A DNA stretch of 64,000 nucleotides from Ophelia neglecta. Lineage: Eukaryota. Below the pieces are notes generated by a model that searched no databases, had not been told where the DNA came from, and saw only the letters and a list, made by a program, of their open reading frames with translations. Position 1 is the stretch's first letter, and the number at the start of each line of letters is the position of its first letter. This document shows positions 52,682-64,000 of this stretch, one piece after another. Where the stretch lies: contig OZ260664.1 of assembly GCA_965285935.1 (NCBI GenBank), forward strand, positions 19,096,001 to 19,160,000, in the 5' to 3' direction. The position numbers were made by a program, and so were the translations under genes.

Positions 52682-55576
52682 GGGGCCATCTGGGACACTA
52701 GATGACTGTTCATTGGGGCTTCTAATTAGTATGCACTAATTAACATCAATGAAATGATCATTAGTACCATAAATTACAATTTATAATTACAAACATCACA
52801 CCGATTTTACACCAACTCCGATTCTGGACATAAAAAGGTATTTATAAGACAGCAGGACAACATCCTGATCTGATGTCTCCCACACTGGGAATCCCAAAAT
52901 ACCAATTTATCTCAATACATCCCATGTCAATTAGTTCATACATGTATGAATGGGGTAATTAGCTATGTTAATGACATGCAAAAGTGGGTAAGGCCAGTCA
53001 AAGCCATTGGCTCCCAGGAATTCACCACCCACATGTTAACATAATACGCCCTTTTGTTGAGCCCAGCTTTCTGCCGCTGCTCTGTTGACTTTCAATGTAA
53101 GCAGCTTTTGCTATGTTGTAATTTTGAACATATCCTTTGATCTGTCATATAATGCAGGTATTATCCAAGATAACTCTTATATCTCACAACAATAGCAGGG
53201 GAAAACAATGGCATGCAGCATGATATAATCATATATTTTAAGTTGAGAGTAATTTACCCAGATTAAGAATGGTTAATTCCTAGTTAAGCACAGATTATTT
53301 AAAAGGTGAAATCTGGCATATTTTGAAAAGCCATTGCATCTGTGACTTAAATGGCAGCTGTTTGACTACGGTTATGTTTTTTTGGGTCTTTACATCGCAC
53401 AGTTGTAAATTTGTTTACATTAAATTGCAATGCTTTGATATACAGATAATATTAATGATATTCTGCCAAAACAAAGGTGCTGCTCTGACACACAGTTGTA
53501 CATGACTGTATATGTCTACATTTTAGTAGTTTTTACACTGACATAACACGGCAGCATGGTGTTGCCCTTTTTGATGTTTCTAGTGGTCAAAATGTAAAGG
53601 TTTGCCTAGAGGGCCCATGGTTCAAGAAGCTTGAGCCCCCTCTTCAATGTCTATTGGACAAAAAACACTGTCAAGTCAGATAAAAAATGCCCGCAAATGA
53701 AATATAATTGGAAATTTAAGATGTAGCAGAAGAGCAGGGTATAGGTAAAGTGAGGGAGTCCTCGGCGAATGTGGGGGACTTGTCAGGCTCGAAATCAAGT
53801 CACTGGGCAGACGGACAATACCAAGTGACATTTAACAGTTAAAAGATCAAACCATCTCAGTCATTACACCCCACAAACTACTGCCTCCACACACCGCCTT
53901 TTGTCTAACCCCAATACACCTACAGTTACTTCCGAACCTGTGAAGATCAGGACTGAGATAACATTTAGATGTGCTATATGGACAGTTGAACATCAATTCT
54001 ACAGGCACGAAGATGGCCACAGAGACACAATATGTCTGCCAAACAGACAAAATACCTCTGGTAGGTCTCAACCGCCAAAGAAACAAAATACCTCTCTCCT
54101 ACGACTTGCTACTTGTGATGAGAATTATTTTTTACCTAAGCAGCGCACACATACCCCGTAGGAGACACGGTCATGCATGGCTGCCTTGGATATTGTCCTG
54201 TGTCTTTGAAGTTTGCTGTAAACGTACCACAGACCAGACTAGCCTAGGAGACTAGTAATACATGGCCAGTCACCACATCACACCTATACAGGCATCACCT
54301 GAAACTTTACTTAATAATTTCTGACATACCATCTGGTCACAGTCAACAAAGCTTCAATGGCAGACGGGCTGAAAATTAATACCGGTTTTCATCCATTATA
54401 TGAGTTATTTTTTTGTAAATTATTTGTTCCACACATGTGTCCTTTATGAAATGTGCTACCTTCATGGAAATGCTACAAACAATCAGTCAAATTTGACCAA
54501 TTTGGACACATGATTAAATATGATTGTTATTAACCACAATCAATTTATGTAGTATGCCAAAATGTACATGTACAAGGCTTTAAATGCCACGAGCTTGTGA
54601 TCACAATATAATAATATCATATTTCTCTATGTATGCAAACCACACGCCTGGCTAATTGTACCATCTGGATGGCCTTACAACATAATATTATACTGGGCAG
54701 TTTATTTGGAAATGAAAAATTTCAGATTTCTGCTAAAGCTGTGAAAGCAGATGGGGAGGGGGTTAGTGGGGGTGGGCATTGGGGGCTGAATTTGTAAAAG
54801 CAGACGGGGATGGGATGGGGTGGGGGGACAGGGGATGGGGGGCTGACGCTGTGAAAGCAGTCCTGAGTGGCAGGCACTCACCATGTTTAGATGGCCTGCC
54901 ACTGTATCCAGGAGAATGTGGATGATCCACAACACTACAAGGAGCTATCTACAACAATCAAACATGGCCCATCCATAAGGGATGGACAACACCAATCACA
55001 CTTAATTATTCTAAGAAAATTTTTTCAAAAGATTCAAAATGGCTTTAAGATTTAGTACATGTTTAGGGCTACAACACATACTAGTCATTGAAAAATGAAT
55101 TGTAGTTTGAAAAATACTTTGAGGTTCTGAAAAGTATTTAGTGTACTTTATAAGAATCTAGAAGTTACTGAGAACCCATTTTTATGAAATCTATCCTGTT
55201 TTTTGTCTATGTCTTTAAGTCTGACTTTTTAAATGATAGCTCTTACATTCCACAGTTGATTATGACTGGATCTGGCTGATCACATTTACACCATCTACCT
55301 GATGATATTGGAGTGGTGTCTTGATATAATCTATGTAACAACAGATTACATGTACCTACTGCCTGAGGGGTGGGGATGGCCAGAGGAGGAGGGAGGGAGG
55401 GGGGGGGGGGGCATCAGGTAGTAAGAGTGGGGTAAGAGGGGGCTCACACGGCTCATAGCCAATATCAGATGTTTAGACTGGTATTGGAGGGGTGTTCCAG
55501 GCAGTCATCACCTCCCTAGTAATGGTAAGTACTGCACTATCAGCCAGGGAGACATGATCAGTGTCAGTCACCTCTG

Positions 55577-55705
55577 TAACACATCCAACATCTCCATAAC
55601 ACCTCCTCCAACATCTACATAACACCTCCTCCAACATCTACATAACACCTCCTCCAACATCTCCTTAACACCTCCAACATCTCCATAACACCTCTAATAC
55701 CTCCA
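55577..55705. repeat. 20-23-bp tandem repeat (TAACACCTCCTCCAACATCTACA), ~6 units
   Basis: Direct tandem repeats. Confidence 0.9.
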
Positions 55706-58303
55706 GCACACAGCGAGGGAGCCTTGCTGACTAATTAATTAACAAGTCTATAACAATTCTAGAGACAATTGATTTAAATCCTAAGCCAATCAGTATGTAA
55801 GAATCTCCAGATAATAAATGGACATTTGTGAATTGATACTGTTAACCAAATAGAAATCACCATGCCCATGAAATCCTCAGCCAGGTGAGAACCATCATGG
55901 TAAATGTTTTAAATACATAGAAAGGTCCACTGTCCTTGTCTAATCCCATCCTGGTAGGTTTGGTATGGGAGGATTCACACCCAGGTGTTAAACAAGCCAT
56001 CATTGTAGAGGGCACAGATATGTCAATACTGGTTTGATTTCTGATAATTATGTATGATGCTGGCCAGACCCATTAGACAGTCGAGCTGAGCCGATAGGGG
56101 CTAAGACTGTCAGAGGACTGGGACCAGTTTACATTGAGGATCTTATCATGAGAAATACACACAAACCAGGGATGCTCCCTGAGTGCCACCCAACCTTGTA
56201 TCCAATTTAATTAAACATAGCAAAATAATCTAAACTGTAAACAGACAAGCCGGGGCTGACATCTTGTCTACTGACTAGGCATTGGTGAAAGCAAATCTGA
56301 CTGAAATTAGAGAAACTAAAATAATTCAGTTAATTTAAACCAGGAAGCCATGACACAGAGAGAGCAAACTTAAATGAAATAAATGGACTGTAACGTCAAC
56401 TTTGCCCATAAATAACGTATTCAACTGTCCAGAGAACTGTGAAGGCCAGTGACTCACAAAGCTGATGTTATTCTATATTTCTTAAGTTCACATTATCTAG
56501 AAATAGCTTCATTCACAACAAGGTCGTTAGTATGCACATTTAATTACCACAATTGACACCCACTAGGGCAATCAAGGAAGAGTAAGGGGTGGCTAACCAC
56601 CTTTTGGTGGTAGGCAGATGGGTTATTTGGTGCATTCCTTCCCACAGTTCTTATTATTTCCATACTTTGGGTGGTAGCCATAGGCCTACAACACAAATGA
56701 CAGATCTCACAAGACACCTGCATACTTATCAGTACTGATCAAAACATGATTGGGAACAAAAAGCGAGTGGGTGGGTCATCTTGGGCCCTATTGACAGTAA
56801 ACACTGCCACAATTCGCACTCATTGCCTTCTAAAATATTTAAACTAGTTTCTGACATGATTACAATGGATATCTACTGAGCGATGAATTATAAGTAAAAA
56901 ACAATTTTGGGTTAAAATATTCAAGGTCATTCTAGTACTATTTGCACAGTTTACTGGAAAAGTTCCTATTTAGAAGATATTTATACGAATAAAACTAGAT
57001 CAAAGCCACGATTGAAATGCCAGTGTAAGGTTCCAAGACACACATTACTCGCTTTCAAACGTATTGATCGGGTAAACTCAGCAAAAATAATACGAAAAAC
57101 ACGTACAACCAACGCCATGGCTCGGCACTGGCTGACTGCAATAACGAGACTATGTTAAACCCGCAAAGACGCCAGTTAAACGGCAATAACCGGCACAACC
57201 AAGCAAGCCATTTACGCTTCAGCACCCTATGAACAGATCCTCCTAATAAGTCAGCAAACATCGGCAATTGTTCCGGGCTGGACGGAGTTTGATGTAGGAA
57301 TTATCTGTTCTTGTTTTAAAGCAGGTCAAGTTAAGATGGTATAGTGGAACACAGGTGTATATACAAAGACACGAGCACCGGTCACCTGCGTCAAAACGGC
57401 CATTGATTTATATACTAAACTATGGGAATCAAACAGTCTTCTGACACTGAATGTAGATGTCGGGGACACAGTTACCCCTCAGGCAAAACTGGCCTGACAC
57501 CTCTACGGGGTAGAAGACACAAGGTATTCCTGGAATATACCTCGCACAAAGGTGCCAATCACTCTAAAATTCTATTTATCCGTGCACAGGTAAACTTCAA
57601 AGGGGGATTGGGAATTATGCAATAAGGAAGGTGGGGGATGTGTTTACAATTATCAGGTGATCAATCAGACCAGAGGGCTGGTTGGCATGACAGACTCACA
57701 TTAAAGCTCATCCACTGACCACTTGCCAGCCACACAGCTGAGGTTCTGAAGGAGGCAGTGAGGAATATCCTGATTGGATGAACCATTAAACCGGCTGAAT
57801 GTACCTGGACCTAGCTATGACATGGCTTGGGTTGATGATACACCCAGGCTCATGTAGCTTTTCATGTTGCACCTGAACTGAGTTGACAGCCTACCCTGAT
57901 TTGTGACCAGTCATAGTATTGGGGCTGCCAGTATGTATGTCTGAAATGGGCAGGTGATAAATTCATAGTTACTATCAACACATCTTTAAGGAATGTGGAG
58001 AAGGTAGAACTTGGGTTACAGTCACTAATATACAAAGTAGCCATATACTGTACACAGATTTAATATGAAATTATAAACTAGATGGTGTTGTGAGCAGCCA
58101 TTTTAGATATTTGAGTGATTCCTAGGGGTATACAGGTGGAGGCAGCGGGAAGCCCTGCTCGGTCATCTGCTTAATAGAGTTGGACATGACTTGGCATACA
58201 ATGGGAATGCTGGTAAAGCTGACAGCCTGATAATCAGGTACAAGTATGGCAGAGGCTGAGTTAGGCTTGTGGCAAGGGGGGCCAGTGTGCATGTAAGAAG
58301 TGT

Positions 58304-58381
58304 GGGTTGGTGGTGCCCTCCCAGACAGGGGTTCGGGGGGCTTAGCCCCGAGAACCCCGTCTGGGAGGGCATGCCCAACCC
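58304..58381. repeat. Near-perfect 78-nt GC-rich palindrome/hairpin
   Basis: GGGTTGG-TGG-TGCCCTCCCAGAC-A-GGGGTTC-GG-GGGGCT-T-AGCCCC-GA-GAACCCC-GTCTGGGAGGGCA-TGC-CCAACCC. Confidence 0.92.
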
Positions 58382-58816
58382 CAACCCTCAAGTCTCTTAA
58401 GGAAGAAAATGGCTGTTCACAACCCCTGTGCCCCTTCCCCTACACCCGCCATCAACCCAAAGACTTCCCCTCCCCTTCTCCTACCCTCACCTGAGGTAGT
58501 AATTAGCTTAGCCAGTGATCAGGTGATAGTTATAATCACCGTGGAGGCACTGGCCAGGTAATCTGAGCTTTAGAGACAGCCTCAGGTACGCCACCGACAA
58601 AACACCTGCCCACAACACTCATTAATATAAATAATTTACCTGGATATAATAGCACAGGTCTGGACCAATATCTTTACGATAGTTTCAGGAGTTTTTGTGA
58701 CATCTTGTATGAAATTACATGAGGCTACAATACAAAGACAATGCTGTCTCAAGCATGGATAGAGACAGCTTTTAATTAATTAATTATCTGATCTCAAATA
58801 GACAACCATTGGCAGT

Positions 58817-58883
58817 TTAACCTTTTCCATTCTGGTTAGTCCCAGAGACAACTCTACCAGATATCCCAGACATAAAGGGTTAA
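58817..58883. mobile_element. Tiny TTAA-bounded element (piggyBac-like ends)
   Basis: TTAACCTTTTCCATTCTGG ... CCAGACATAAAGGGTTAA. Confidence 0.5.
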
Positions 58884-60090
58884 CATAATCCACTGTGATA
58901 TAGGATTAATATATTCCTGATTATTCCACTATAATTTAGATGTCAGTTTCTAACACATATTATGCATAGTAACAGTGTTAACCAAATGACCTGTGATGAA
59001 GATTTTGGTTTGACGATAACGCTGAGCTTCCCCTGCAAACTTATTTGCTTTTACTCTTATGTGTACTTGGAATTGAAACTTAACAATCAAAGCATTTTAC
59101 ACATTTATAATTGATAGCCTGCTAAAATATTAGCTAGTAAAAGTAGCTGATACAATCACCATAGCTGACATCTACATGATAGATGTATTCTAGGTTACCT
59201 ATTATTTTTTAGTCATAAAAATTGTACAAAACAAATTTCTGAAGAGTATATTTAATAAAATGTAAAAAAAACATGCTTGCCAATTTTCAAAATTTTGAGC
59301 AATTCTTTCACAAGTTAAACACCCAAACTACCATCCTCTTTGAAATAAAGATGAACCTCCAGACTATAATTCACAGTAATTCTTGGTTAGTATTTCCTCA
59401 TATTAAGTTAAATGAGTCTCGTCAGCCTTACAATTTTCTTCCTTTTGTGAATGCCTATCATTATAAAATGGCGGATTGATCGTAGAGCTATTTATCTTTA
59501 AGTGAAATTACATATTGCGTTGGAAGTTCTTTTGTGACGCACCGATTGATGAGCAAAAAGGACGGGTGAATGAAGTTTTCCTAAGTTGCAAGTGACATGG
59601 TACATTCTATACAAATAATGTGGTGTGTTTAAAATAACATCCCACGAGTGTCGTTCCGAACATTATTTTATACCTCTGTAATCAGATTAAATGTTCAAGT
59701 CATAACGAGTCCTTGACAGCACTGTCAATCATTTTGTAGAGAATCGTAAGAAGCACATGTTGACGCAAAATATAACATTACAATATTTCTGAAAATGTCC
59801 TAGACTGAGTTTTATGAAAACATAACAAATTTGACAGCATCAAAGTCATATTTATTCAGAAAGTTAAATGAATCATTAAAGTGAAAAAAATTTGAAAGTC
59901 ATGGTAGTTTTAGCCAAAACTAATTCTCTCTTCAGTACACCCTTGGGGTGCTCACTTAATAATGCCGGAATAGTTCACAAGGTGTCTCCCAAACAACTTA
60001 AGGTCTCAATCTAATCGAGCTATGGCTTTAGGGTGAGGGGCCCAAAGGCTAAGCTGCCTGTTTTCCATCTATAAGTTGTGCCAGAAAGAG

Positions 60091-60274
60091 GTGGAAACCT
60101 GCTTTGATGACCACCTCTATAATCAGACCACTCTATAATCAGACCACCTCCATAATCAGACCACCTGTCCATCTAGACCACTTGAACCATACAGCTCACT
60201 ATCAAGGTAAAAATTAAACCTGGCCAAACAGATCACCTCTATATTCAAACCAGTATGTTCCCACCGGTTTCGCT
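60091..60274. mobile_element. MITE family A, degenerate copy with internal tandem expansion
   Basis: GAAACCTGC...GACCACCTCTATAATCA repeated three times; decayed right end CCGGTTTCGCT; same orientation as copy at 7780. Confidence 0.7.
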
Positions 60275-61163
60275 AGAGAGCACCTTTAAGGAGCACCTTT
60301 AAGGATTTGGATTTTTGGGGCTTAACGACATAGACATAGACACCATGTGGCACCTTTAAGGAAATAAAGATGAGAGTTTCCCCCGAAGATATCATGTTTG
60401 TGTTTAGCCAAATGCATCAAATAGGTATACTTAGAGAGACATCTGAGGTCTTTAGCCCCAATAACCCCTCTTAGAGAGAACACCTTTCCAACACCTCTCC
60501 ATGAAAGGTGCTCCCTCCTTTTTATAAAATCCCCCATACATCCGCCACAGAAATTTCTCAATGTTACTCTTTTCATATTCTTTAACACCTGACAGGGTCG
60601 TGGCATTGGAGACATTATTAGCTCGAAGGTGAAACTCGAAAGAAAGCACAGGTTCTTAACCAGGCAGGGGCCTGAGTTAATTATTTCACAAGATTATTAG
60701 GCTACTACAAATAAATTCTAATGAAAACTGACAGGGCAATCTGGTTTGGTTGGTTAATTTGTGAAGAATGGGTATAGAATTCCTCGCTGGAACCCCGCGG
60801 AGACAAACCTTGCAGCTTCTTTTGCATAATTACGAGTGTCTGTATCTCTAAACTATCAATGTCACGGACAAAAATAGCCTAAATTGCGAGACGATTCATA
60901 AAACCTCATTTGGAATGCTTTCTTGGGAAAATTATAACCAGCGTATTCAGACATTGCACACAAAAGATTTCTTTGTTCATTTTTTAACAATAAAAAGCAA
61001 TAAATTCAGGTATTGTGATATTCAAGGATACAATAAATGATCACTTTATGATTTTGAAATAACTTTGGAACATAAATTTTTGCACTAAATGTTAAGTAAG
61101 CATTTGTGGGTGCTTTGGTCTAAATATTTGTTACTGAAATTGTTTACATTAAAAACATACATA

Positions 61164-61343
61164 CAATGAAACCTGGGAATTAAGCCCACCCAAGGGACTT
61201 GACAATTCTGGTCTGATTTCGGAGGTGGTCTGTTTACACAGGTTATTTACATTGATGGTGTGCATTATGGTCTTTATATTATTAGTGGTCTGAATTGACA
61301 GGTGGTCTGAATATAGAGGTGGTCTTTAAGGCAGGTTTCACTG
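61164..61343. mobile_element. MITE family A, copy 2 (opposite orientation to 7780)
   Basis: TA-CAATGAAACCTG ... CAGGTTTCACTG-TA, 180 bp, AGGTGGTCT repeats. Confidence 0.88.
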
Positions 61344-63362
61344 TATATATGTTGCCGGCTGGAAAGTTCATGACCTGACCATAAACAACTGGTAAATCTA
61401 CGCAGCTGACACGGAGACATGCTTCTCGTGTCTTTACCGGGTTTTACCCGAGTCAGAACAGCCTACAGCTTGATATCAAATATTGTCATTTCATTTACAA
61501 GCTAACTGGATCAATTTAAGGGAATGCCAAGTCGAGTAGCAACAGCATGCCTGATGGCGAAGATCTCTTTTGTTGTGAATCACAAGGGTCAAAGGGGTAG
61601 GTGTGCTTGGTATTTTAACAGATTTATGAGAAAGATTAACGGAATCACAAAGACATTACAGGCGTGGCCACTTTAAGGGGGTGTTTTCTTACTTAGAACT
61701 GAGTAGGAAAAATAAAAAAAGGAGTAATTACTAAAAAGGATGACTGTGCCTACAACAATATAGGGAGTTGACTTGGCGGGATGGATTTTATAGAGCATAT
61801 CTTTATAATAATGCCTTTGTGAATAACTACAAAATCCACTATTATTAGGGTCAATTTCCCCCGCCAGCAACATATATAACTCTAAAAATTACCTACAAAA
61901 AATGTTATTGTTCTTTTTTAACCAGTGATTCCCACAGTTATGACAAATGGAGACTTTCATTACAGTTGGCAGGTTTATATGCTATCTGTGAAGTATGCAA
62001 ACGAGTCATTTTATTTGGCCATAATGATTTAAACATGGGTTGTTGGCCTAGCTTTACATAGCACTGCAATTTGCTTCAATCGAAATAGTTGGGTGGGCTG
62101 GGGAAATTTGTATGTTTGGAACAAAATTGGTGCAGATTAGCCTTCTCCTGTGTGGTTATAGACGGTGTCTCAATGAGAAATGGACACCCCGGGATAAAGA
62201 CATTTACAGAGAATGCCTGTCTCACGCCCTGTGATCATTGTAAAAGCTGACAACCAAATTACTGTCTTTCACCAAAGCCTGCACAGTGATGTAACATTGG
62301 TCAGAAGAGAGTCTCAGAGATTGCTGTCATTAATACAGTAGGAATGTGAACCCACCACTCAACAATTTCTCCTCTCAGCTCAAAGGAGGGCCATTAATTC
62401 TGACTAAATCTTCACAATATAAGTGTCAAATCAGTAATTAACTGATCCCAAACAATAAGAGCAGGATGTCATTCCTAATGCCCTAACAACAGACAATGAT
62501 AACAACAGACTGCATTGTTTTCACTGATCGTGTTCCACCCAAGCAGTTGCCACCAATTCCTTTACACACTCCCAACACCACACATACACGTATATATTGC
62601 AACTTTAATTGTTAGAGCACAAATTCCTGCGATTGTGCATTGTGTTTCTGTAAATGCTGGCTGATGAATGCCATGTTTTGTTAGATGGAGGGTATATATC
62701 TGAAGGTGATGTAACCAACTCCCACTGGTACACCTTGCACAGGTGTCATCAGCCATGATTGGACTGCCACAGGGCATATCCCGTCCCATCTAATGAGCCG
62801 CCATTTTGTCTAAAAGTCCCCTAACTACCCCTGCACCCATTCCTAAACCCAAGGGCTCACTAACGAGGAACCTAACCAGAGACACAACCACTTAGAAGAC
62901 AAGCTGAAATGTCTGCAAAATGGACATGACAGTTTTTAGAATACGCCCTGCGGCTACAACATAACTTGAGACCTTTCTAGCCCCCACATCAAAAGGAGAA
63001 CTTCAACGGCCCTGTGCCCGAACAATGGTCCTAAAATGACTCCAGACCCACTTTAAACCAGTAATTACTTTGTACAACTCCGTGAAAAGCTCTAATATTA
63101 ACATGGAGCAAGTGTCATTGTTACTGTAGCACTGTAGCAGCACAGGACACCAGGACAGTTTAGTGAGAATCATCCATCATTTTGCCACCCAAGGATTGTG
63201 AGAGTGATTGGCGCTCTGTACAATAAATATGCCATGCTTGGTTTATACAATAAATGTCATGGTGCGGTTGACAGGGCAACATTTCAGGGTTTGATAGGCC
63301 AACATGCCTAGCCCGGCTGGCACTATCTCCAGGTCTGGTCTGAGGACATTCTCTAACATATA

Positions 63363-63540
63363 CAGTGAAACCTGTGAATTGAGACCCCCCAAGGGACTGG
63401 AAAATACCGGTCTGATTATAAAGGTGGTCTATTTAGACAGGTAAATTAATATTGAAAGTATGCAGTATGGTCTAAATGCTAGTGGTCTGAATTGGCAGGT
63501 GGTCTGAATATGGAGGTGGTCTTTAAGGCAGGTTTCACTG
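63363..63540. mobile_element. MITE family A, copy 3 (same orientation as 61164)
   Basis: TA-CAGTGAAACCTG ... CAGGTTTCACTG-TA, 178 bp, highly similar to 61164-61343. Confidence 0.9.
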
Positions 63541-64000
63541 TACACAGGGATGGTTGAGGCGGACATCTAAGCGGACATGGCGATCTGTCACAGCATTTCC
63601 CCGAGATATATGTGTTATGCATCTAGACAACCACAATGAGTTGGCTGCTCTGACCAATCAGAATGGCAGTCAGAAGTCGGAAGGTGTGAAAAATATGGCA
63701 ATAATGTTCACTGTTTTCACACCTTTAGACACTAGACAGTACAGGCCATCTGCCATTCACAAGTCCAGGACAGTAGCCCCTACCAAAGATCACCTGGCCA
63801 CTATCACAACCTTCCCCACCAGCCCCGAATCCTCACCACCACTTCACCCTGGCCACAGACCATACCTGAGGTGTATCAAGGTACATGGAGTGGAGCCACA
63901 AGGCGGTAATTTACCCTCACACCAGGTGGCCAACATTAGGCAACCTGTCAGCAAACCTGTCTCAACATAAACAACCACTGAGGTGATACAAAGTGTTAAA

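Noticed and set aside
24500-55251. TEAD/Scalloped CATTCC motifs (e.g. 24500, 29722, 30254, 35004, 35258, 55246) as Hippo feedback enhancers
   Set aside because: A 6-mer occurs often by chance in this much intron; no tandem sites or demonstrable enrichment without computation.
58478-58500. Other AG|GT juxtapositions on the minus strand (58490, 34146, 40437) as recursive sites
   Set aside because: Weak pyrimidine tracts and/or non-consensus donors compared with the 33364 site.

Overview
Eukaryotic (invertebrate bilaterian-looking, possibly lophotrochozoan; taxon not determinable from sequence alone) genomic window occupied entirely by part of one minus-strand gene: a giant protocadherin of the Fat/FAT4 type. 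I could join 17 coding exons (42723->45) by GT-AG/GC-AG boundaries into one continuous frame of about 2395 codons. It encodes 19 complete cadherin repeats (about EC16-EC34 if the protein has the usual 34), four EGF-like domains and the start of the first laminin-G domain. The gene continues off both ends; 42724-64000 appears to be a single intron of more than 21 kb. One intron needs a GC donor. The introns contain a 42-copy 40-bp minisatellite, smaller tandem repeats, TA-flanked Tc1/mariner-type MITEs (two families), tiny TTAA-bounded elements, a 193-N gap, a candidate recursive splice site/6-nt microexon, and several strong GC-rich fold-back hairpins whose arms match each other better than the copies match one another. 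No prokaryote-type systems, tRNA, rRNA or intact transposase ORFs were seen. Nearly all other ORF-track entries are spurious.
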